NCBI GenBank assembly: GCA_963782915.1
Contig: CAWALK010000011.1
Location: 107,929 to 171,928 of the forward strand
Origin: an uncultured archaeon
GTDB lineage: Archaea; Thermoproteota; Bathyarchaeia; Bathyarchaeales; Bathycorpusculaceae
Reading direction: 5' to 3'
Length of the DNA stretch: 64,000 nucleotides
In this document: one piece after another, positions 56,133 through 64,000 of the stretch
Layout: each line of letters begins with the position of its first letter
How positions within the stretch are numbered: the first letter of the stretch is position 1
Made by a program: the position numbers and the translations under genes
Notes under the pieces: model-generated
The model's input: the letters and a program-made list of their open reading frames with translations, nothing else
Told to the model about the DNA's origin: nothing
The model's database searches: none

Positions 56133-58674
56133 AACAAACAAGACTTGCCCCTAAAGCAGCTAAAAGAAAATACAGACGCTAGCTTCTAGTTACTCACGGT
56201 GATAAGCCTAATCCTTATCTTAAGGCGTTTGTTGAGGCGCATGTTCGTGAGCATCCTTATGATCCTAAGTCTGATGATTATGATGTGAAGGCATTTGATA
56301 AGCCTATAACGACTACGAAAGCTACTGCGATTTATAATATGCATACTTACTGGTCAAAGAAGCCACATACCGCTATAGCTGAGTATATTAGGCATTATAC
56401 TAAGCCTGGGGATTTGGTTCTTGATCCTATGTGTGGTTCTGGCGGGACTGCTCTTGCCGCTTTGATGGAAGGCAGAAAGGCAGTTGCTATTGATGTATCT
56501 CCTGCTGCCACTTTCATAACAAAAAACTATTGCACCCCTAGTAGACCTAGATGAGCTTGAGGAGGCTTTTGAAGAGATTAAAGAGAAAGTTAAGCCTGAG
56601 CTTGATTGGCTCTATGAAACCCGTTGTGATGGTTGTGGCGGAAGAGCCATAACACAATATACTGTTTATTCTCAGCGTTTTCAGTGTCCGAGATGCCTTG
56701 AGATTGTACCTTTGTTCGACTGTGTGGAAGCTAAAGTTCCCGCTAAGACCCAGCAGAAAGGTAAGCCTGTTGAGATGAAAACTGTTCAGGTTTGTCCTCA
56801 CTGCAAATCAAAGGGGCATATTGAGGAGATTAGCACTCGCACTAAAGCAGTTTGGTTCTGTTCCTGTTCTTGTTAGCTATGAATGTTTGGGTGGCTGTAA
56901 ACCGAAGCGTAGACAGCGCCAATATAATGATGTCAAACCTTAAAAAACGAGAATTTTTTGAGAAATATGATTTAGGCAAAGATAGCTGAGATTGAGGCTA
57001 AGCCTATTCCATATTGGTTCCCCCTCATCGAATGATGAATGTAGAATCAGATACTGCTCCTTGGGGAGATGAGTGGCGTCCAGGAAGAGATTTTCGAACA
57101 GTAGCAGAATTATTTACAAAAAGAAATTTATGGGCATTATCAGATTTACTGAATGCGATAAATATTCAGCACAAAATTGGATATCAGTTGCCGCGATTAT
57201 CTAAGAGTAGGATTTTCAGGAATTATTCTCGGATTATCAAAAATGAATCGATATAGGCCAGATGTAAGCTTTCCTTGAACATAATGAATGGCACTTATTA
57301 TATTCCTCAAATTGGTAAAGAAGATAGCCATTTTCAAGCTATCTTCGAAAACAAAATATCAGCGAATTATACTCTTCCTTAAGTCTTCAGCTTACGATAT
57401 TTCATCTTCTTCAGGTCTAATATCTACTAATCGATGCTAAGAACGCTTTGAAAGGTATACCGATTAATTCAGTTGATTATGTTTTTACTGATCCTCCTTA
57501 CGGCGGTAACATTCAATATGGTGAATTGAATTTTATTTGGGAGGCATGGCTTGGTTTTGAACACGACTTGGCACAGTCAAAGAGATTATTGTTAACGAAA
57601 CCCGAGGAGTTACGGACGTCTGATTGGAGCAATCGTCATGAAACGAGCTATGGGTGAGGTTTTTCGTGTTTTAAAGCCTGGTCGTTGGGTTTCTCTTTGC
57701 TATCATGATACCAGTGAAGGGACATGGCAACTAGTTGCAGGACCTAATGACAGAAGTTGGCTTTATTCCTCAGCAGACTAATTCAGCTTTGTTTATTGAT
57801 ACGGGGCAAAAGTCGTTTAATCAGTTGACTGCTGATAAAGTTACTAAACGTGATATTGTGTTTAATTATCGTAAACCTAAGCCTGGTGAGTCATCTTCAT
57901 TTCTTTTGTTAACTGGTGAAGAGGATTCGCAGTCTTTTAATGAGAAAGCATGTTCTGTTATTCGTGATTTTCTTTTAGAGAATCCCGGTTCAACTAAAGA
58001 CCGTGTTTATGATGCGTTGGTGAGCCATATGGTTAGTCGTAGTCAGATGCAAGCTCATGATTTTGGCTCGCTTCTCCGAATGGTTGCTGAATTCAACTGG
58101 TGGTTCTGGTGATTGCTGAGCGTTGGTATCTTAAGGATAGCTGAGTTGGATGTTGCTGATGTTGCTGAAACAGCTAAAGAGGATGCTGCTGCACAAAGCG
58201 TTACAAGTTATGTTAGAGAATATCTAGCAAAGAACATCCTGAGTTAGATGGTGTTCATTATAGTGATATTTTTGAGCATTATCTTTATTCTGTGAAAGAT
58301 AAGCCTAGGCGGGCACTTGAGTGATTGGTTGCTTGATTATTTCTTTGTTACAGGTGATGGTACTTATCGTTCTCCTATGACGAATGAGGAGGCTTCTTTC
58401 AAGAGGTTGGGTCGTGTTAGAGGGTTTGAATCGTAAGATTAAACGTTTGGTTGCGTTTATTGTTCAGGGTGTTCCTGTGCCTGATGCTGTTAGGCCTGAT
58501 AATTTGACTTTGGCTGAGTGGGTGTTGCATAGTCGTAGGGCTGGGCTTTATTTGGAGGGTAAGCTGTTGTTTGAGCGTGCAGGTTTGATGCTTGACGCTT
58601 TGAGCGAGGAGATGCAAGTGGAAGTGCAAGAAGCCTACCAAACTTGTAATAAAATGAACAGCAAAAGTAACTAA
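56129..58674 (+). CDS. Zn-ribbon-containing amino-DNA methyltransferase (PglXI-like), many indels
   Basis: [19 protein letters not shown] (SAM motif), several CxxC, FTDPPYG (catalytic motif), RVLKPG. Confidence 0.8.
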
Positions 58675-58685
58675 AGGGTCCCTTA

Positions 58686-60735
58686 ATGAATAAGTTTAAG
58701 CAAATATTCGAGGGCAAGGTCGTAAACAAGGCACTATCCTTGAATACGGGTGTAGACGAATTTCCACGCTACGTATTAGAATATCTAATTGACAATTACT
58801 GTAAGGAAGAAAGTTTTCATGAAGATTTTAGTCTAGTGATTAAGCGATTAAGGGAGAACTTCGTTCACGGTGCTGAAGCTGAAAAAATCAGGCATTTCAT
58901 TCGGGAAAGAAGGCATCATTCAATCATTGCCAGCCTTGAAGTTAGATTAGTTGAAACTGAGGATAAATATTGGGCAAGTATTTCCTCGTTAAATGAAAAA
59001 TTCGCAAATATTCCTGAAAGTATTGTCAGACAATACCCTATGCTCCTTTCTGGAGGAATATGGGGGACAATAGACCTCACATACGACGAAACGGAGATTC
59101 ACCAGAAAAAGATACGACCATTCAAGATAACGGGTTTTACTCCCTTCCAGATAAGCATGATTAACCTCTCAGAATACCTGCAAAAGAGGCGCGAATTTTC
59201 ATCCGAAGAATGGCTTGACATTCTGATTAACTCTTGTGGAATAAACCCCGATAAGCTTTCAAAACGACAAAAAATGCTGTACCTCTGCCGATGCATTCCT
59301 ATGGTGGAATCAAACACCAACATGGTAGAATTAGGACCCCGAGAAACAGGTAAAACCTACCTTTACCGAAACATATCCTATTATACAAACGTGCTGTCTG
59401 GCGGAAAAGCCACCCCTGCTCAACTTTTCATGAACCTCAACACTGGCCAAATTGGGATGGTTGGAACTAGAGATGTAATCGTCTTTGATGAGATTGCACA
59501 CACAGAATTCACTGACCCAAAAGCTCTAGTCAGCATCATGCAAGGTTACATGCAAGACGCCAAATTCAGCAGGGGCAAAAAAGAGGTTCTAGCATTTGGT
59601 AGTTTAGTTTTCGTTGGTAACATCGATGTTCAAGGCGGTTTACCTCACGAGAAATACTATCACCTCTTTGAACCATTCCCAGAATATCTGCAAGAAATCG
59701 CTTTTTTGGATCGAATACACGCATATCTTCCAGGATGGGAAATACCAAAACTTTCCCCATCAAGCTACTCCACTAGCTATGGGTTTATCACAGATTATTT
59801 CTGCGAAATTATGCATGAACTAAGAAGAACAAATCCTTTGGATGACGTAAAAAATAGGTTCAAACTTATTGATACAGGAAATACTAGGTTAGGAATTTCA
59901 GGTCGAGATCAACGAGCAGTCACAAAGGTGCTTTCAGGCTTACTAAAGCTACTTTATCCGGACGGCATAGTCACAGACAGTGAATTGAAAGAAATTCTAC
60001 TCCTATCATGTGAACTCAGACAAAGGGTTAGAGATCAACTTCAATTAATCGCTCCAGGAGAGTTCGAAAAGGTCAAAATAAGTGCTCAATTAACAGAAAC
60101 CGGCGAAATATTACCTCCTTGTCTGCCAGATTCTAATCGGGAGCACACAGTAGAGCTTCCTAAAAAGCCCTCTGTGGGTGAAGTTATCGGTTTAGGAGTA
60201 TCCGGCGAAAGAGGAGTCATTCTATTATTTGAGATGCAAGCAACAAAAGGAAGCGGACGAATTGTTCCATTAGGATCTATTGGCAGAGTTATGAAAGAAA
60301 GCATTGAAGCAGCTGCACAATACGTAAAAGCCAACTCCAATCAACTTGGACATATCTTCAGAATGGCGTGATGACTATGATGTGGCAGTATTAGCTACAT
60401 ACATGGCTGTTCCTAAAGAAGGACCTTCAGCTGGAATTACAATAGCAACAGGCATTGTATCTGCCTTGACCCGTCGTCCAGTTAGAAATGATCTTGCAAT
60501 GACTGGAGAAATTACTATAATGGGGAAGATTCTGCCTGTTGGCGGAATTCAAGCAAAAGTAATGAAAGCCTGTGAAGACGGAATAGCAGAAGTAATTATA
60601 CCTAAAGGCAATGAGAACGAAGTTGCAAACTTGCCTACTATCATTACAAAGCAAGTTCGCATTACCCCTGTTGAAAAAATTGATGAAGTCCTTAAAATAG
60701 CGTTGATAGACGAACAGAGGTTTGTACAAACATAG
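58686..60735 (+). CDS. brxL: BrxL-like AAA+ ATPase with Lon protease domain (frameshift near 60340)
   Basis: [43 protein letters not shown] and PKEGPSAG...VGGI.AK motifs. Confidence 0.9.
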
Positions 60736-61038
60736 TCGTTTTTCTTTTAATCCACGGATAGTGAGGCTTTCGTTTGTATTAGACAGCATGAAAGTCTCTT
60801 AATTCGCTGAACAGCAATCATTATACAATTTTTTTTGGCCAGCTTTACTTTCTAAAAGGTTGTATTTATCGGCAGTTAGCTATCTCCTAAATCTCAGGTG
60901 GTTCAAAAATCCTTCTTTACAATGTAGACATGCGCCTGTTTGAGCATCGTGTTTTTCCTTATTAACACTCACGCCATGTGAACAGCATGTTCGATATAAA
61001 TCTGGGTAAGTTTGCAATCATATTTAGTCTTTTGTTGC

Positions 61039-61800
61039 TTAGTAACCCTCCATGCGCCAGTCTTCTCTGAAAACAGGGAATTCTTCTAAGCTGAATCCGG
61101 TTGTAAACTGTCGCACATTATCAATTTCAGAGACTTTAGCAATAAGTTTCATGTTTCTTAAGACATAGAGAGTTCCTCTAAAATATCATTTTCTTGCCAA
61201 AGTTGGGATTCAAAGACTGGATTCTTCTCAACCAATGCTATATCATACATTCCAAGCTTTGGAAACTCGCTGTATAAAATGAAAGCAAAGGGAAGAGTGT
61301 CTACATGTCTGTAAGAATAGTTTAAAACTCCTCCGTTATATTTAGCGACACCGGCTTCTGCTATAGCTTCTAAGAAGAAAAAAGTTTGATGTAAGATAGA
61401 GCCCGAATTTGGGAAGCTTTCTTGTAAATGGTTAATTATTTTTCTTCTGTGCAGGTTTCCTTTTGCAATATTGGGGATTAGAAGTTTGCCAAACAAATCG
61501 TAGGTGAGTGGATATCTCTTACAGAACTTATAGAAACAAACGTTCTTCAAAGAAGCGTTGCTCGCCTTTTTCGAAAAGGCTATCAGTGTTTTGTCGACCA
61601 CTCCATCAGGAAAAAGGTATTTCGTTAAACAATGTTGGAATTGGTCTCGGCTGGTTAGCAGAATTAAACTTGAGGTTGCTCTTTATGAAAGCGTTAATTT
61701 CAGAATAGAGTTGGCGGTTGCTGGTAGTTTGGGAAGCAATTCTGTTGCTTCTTTGATCAAGTTTTAGGCCGATCATTGTTACTGCCAACTTGTTCCCCAG
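61039..61800 (-). CDS. Second BrxA-like paralog, convergent on brxL (frameshifted; start uncertain)
   Basis: VDKTLIAFSKK...NVCFYKFCKRYPL...FAFILYSEFP..GMYDI..VEKN aligns with 54848-55594. Confidence 0.7.
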
Positions 61801-62399
61801 TTGCTGCTATTCGATATTGTATATTATTTTTATGCATGATTCCGATCAACGATTGTTGGGGGAATGCAAGTTAGTAGAATAACAACAAGCCATGCACGCG
61901 CTTGAAGTCATGTTTTCGAAATGCCAATCCTGAAAAGTCTCTCGTTTTGCTCCATTTTTAATTGCATAAAACTTCATCCCAAATCCGGCTGAAAGAGAAA
62001 AACTGCCTTGTTGGGGAAAAATAACGCTTGGGAACCCATCAACTGTAGGGGAATCAAGATCTAGGATGTAATCTAATTGGCTGCGGGTTTGCTGATTCGG
62101 CGTCTGCTGCCTATGGCGGGTCTGCAGTCGATGCGCTATTTTCGTTGCTTCTTTAAGGTCTTGCTTGAGAAGTTTAAGCTTTTCATTACCTGCTAACCTT
62201 CATATGGCAGTCAAACTCTTTGTGCCTATCATCCTCAACCTGCTTTAATCTCTTTATGAACCTGACCTTTCACGTAAGCTAACCCTATATGCACCCTTTT
62301 CTCAAATCAGCAGCAAATCATCCTGAAAGCCGAAAAACCGCATAGAAAACTGAAAGAGAGGTGGGAGGGAATGGCTGGACTTATACCAGAAGATAGCAT

Positions 62400-62928
62400 G
62401 TTTGGCAACAAAGCCAGTTTTAATTACTGTAAGTCGGAGTCTGCAGACGGCTCCGCTGGCATGGACTTGGTAGCGGCTCAATTGTTGTAACTCCAGATAA
62501 TGTAAGTAACCTAAAACTCGAAATATTTCCAAAATTGGTCGCAATGCTGAACGAGCTTCCAAGAACAGCCAATTCAGTATTCGATTCAAACACCCGATAC
62601 TTTAAGAAAAGCTTCACTCTCCAGCTCAGACATATCGCCCATAAGCTAAAGAACCCAAGGCTCCTGCAGATCAGCTTCCACACATTTCGACATTGGAAAG
62701 CAACCATGGAATACCACAAAACCAGAGACATCTTACACGTTATGCAAGTGCTAGGTCACAGAAGCATCAAAAACACCCTCGTTTACACACGGCTCATCGA
62801 CTTCAAAGAAGACGAATACGTCGCACGAGTCGCTCACTCAGAAACAAGAAGCCTGCCAACTCATAGAATCCGGCTTTGAATTCGTCTGCGACTTCAGCGG
62901 TAACAAGCTTTTCAAAAAGCGTAAGTAA
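62400..62928 (+). pseudogene. Tyrosine recombinase/integrase: catalytic C-terminus present, N-terminal half degraded or mis-assembled
   Basis: SFHTFRHWKAT...VMQVLGHRSIKNTLVY gives the H-x-x-R, H and Y residues; upstream sequence is garbled. Confidence 0.8.
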
Positions 62929-62994
62929 CAACCCCACACGTTCCGAATAAACCTCTGTGTAGAAAGTAAACCAAAAACGGGCGGGGATTGTCCG

Positions 62995-63101
62995 TGGCGG
63001 GCGGGGAGGGATTTAAACCCTCGACCCCCAACTTAGGAGGCTGGTGCTCTATCCGTACTGAGCCTCGAGAAAAAGCCATGTTAGGTCCTCTTTACTCGCC
63101 A
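62995..63101 (-). tRNA. tRNA-Arg(CCT) with encoded CCA; candidate 29-nt intron at 63064-63092
   Basis: D arm GCTC...GAGC; anticodon arm CCAGC-CTCCTAA-GTTGG; T arm GAGGG-TTTAAAT-CCCTC; 3' end CCCGCCC-G-CCA. Confidence 0.75.
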
Positions 63102-63892
63102 AATTTCCCGTCCAGAAACTCCAAGTTCTATCGGATGTTATAATTGTAACGTTCAAATTGGCAAGCAGTTCAGAATACCTTTTGATGTAACGTTTTGACG
63201 TAACAACTATTGTCTCAATTTTTAGTTTGCGGTAATTTTGAATCTTATCGCTTAACTCCTTTGCTTTTTGAGGGGCATCATCCCAAAAAGTACACTCAAC
63301 CGCCAGTTCGCCAATTGTAAAATCTGGAAAGTAACATTTACCGCCACAATTCACTGAGCGCTCATATTCAAAAGGCACATTCATTTTCACTAGAATTTCG
63401 GCTACTTCCAATTCGAGACAATTTCTATACCATTGCCCGTTGAATTCAAGTTTGTACTTCAATGATTGTTTAATTCTGCGGTATTGAATTTTTCCATACT
63501 CATAGGGATGATCATTCTTCATTTTAACATGCCAGTTCTGAGTGCCAATATGTCCACCATTAGATTTCCAACCGACGCTTTGCTCTGCATATTCAGAGTC
63601 AAAAAAGCCATGCCTAAGTTCTTTTGTTTTTAAACCGCCTTTTGCTCTGCCCCAGGTCTCTTCTTTTGTTTCAATGATAAAATCTCTAAATTTAGCTTGC
63701 ACAGGACAAGCATTGATTAACTTTTACAAGAAGAACAGCCTGTTGCATTAACCATTTTTCATCCCGCCATTCTCTAATCGTAGTATAGCTAATCCCCAAC
63801 TCCTTAGCTAATTCTCGCCAAGAAAGCCCTAACAGCTTTTTGGTTAAGATAAGCAATTCTCTTTGTCTACCCTTTCTAAATACGCATCGCAT
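63049..63892 (-). CDS. HTH plus PD-(D/E)XK-like endonuclease protein (frameshift near 63700)
   Basis: LSWRELAKELGISYTTIREW HTH; E.EVA..L...FEYE...YFPDF...AVEC nuclease motif. Confidence 0.65.
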
Positions 63893-64000
63893 GGCTAACT
63901 ATTGAAGGCGTGTTTAAGTTTTCTTAAAACTTTGGTCGCAAACAGGTACTGAAATAGTAGCTCAATCGTCCCTAAACCGGAGTTATTTGACTTAGTGAAC

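Larger units (their letters stand above)
23028..62995. mobile_element. Integrated head-tail (Caudoviricetes-like) element with defence cargo, bounded on the right by an integrase and tRNA-Arg; left boundary uncertain
   Basis: Terminase, capsid, portal and tail genes at 23-37 kb; accessory/defence genes at 38.7-61.8 kb; tyrosine integrase next to a tRNA 3' end; no second att copy seen by eye. Confidence 0.55.

Noticed and set aside
63049-63892. Homing endonuclease encoded inside a large tRNA intron
   Set aside because: The candidate 5' exon lies at ~63093-63101, inside the gene's 3' end rather than upstream of it, and the gene has its own TATA-like promoter.

Overview
Archaeal chromosome segment. 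The RNase P protein Rpp21, TATA-type promoters and the gene repertoire suggest Bathyarchaeia, but that assignment is inference. Many clearly conserved genes are split by single-base indels and there is a ~0.9 kb poly-T/poly-A stretch, so this looks like an error-prone long-read consensus and frameshifts should not be read as pseudogenes. Layout: (1) 1-20.8 kb holds host genes: rnp4, the dTDP-rhamnose rfbABCD operon, a flippase, two Holliday-junction-resolvase-like paralogs, a GltD/SudA-like oxidoreductase, surface proteins, ugd/galU/uxs and two DUF3131-like secreted proteins. (2) 21-22.9 kb is a VapBC/AbrB toxin-antitoxin cluster. (3) 23-38.7 kb is a compact HK97-type head-tail module with a 194-aa tape measure, no recognisable replication genes, an inverted terminase pair (a TerS/TerL fusion scar marks its apparent original site) and an ABC-ATPase/GNAT fusion. 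(4) 38.7-61.8 kb is a defence-type cargo region: AbiE toxin-antitoxin, a HEPN-like protein, a two-gene PLD-nuclease module, a UvrD-nuclease, and a tightly coupled brxA-brxB-methylase-brxL operon that lacks brxC and pglZ, followed by a second brxA. (5) A degenerate tyrosine integrase abuts tRNA-Arg(CCT), which appears to carry a BHB intron at position 9/10 and is overlapped by a nuclease-like gene.
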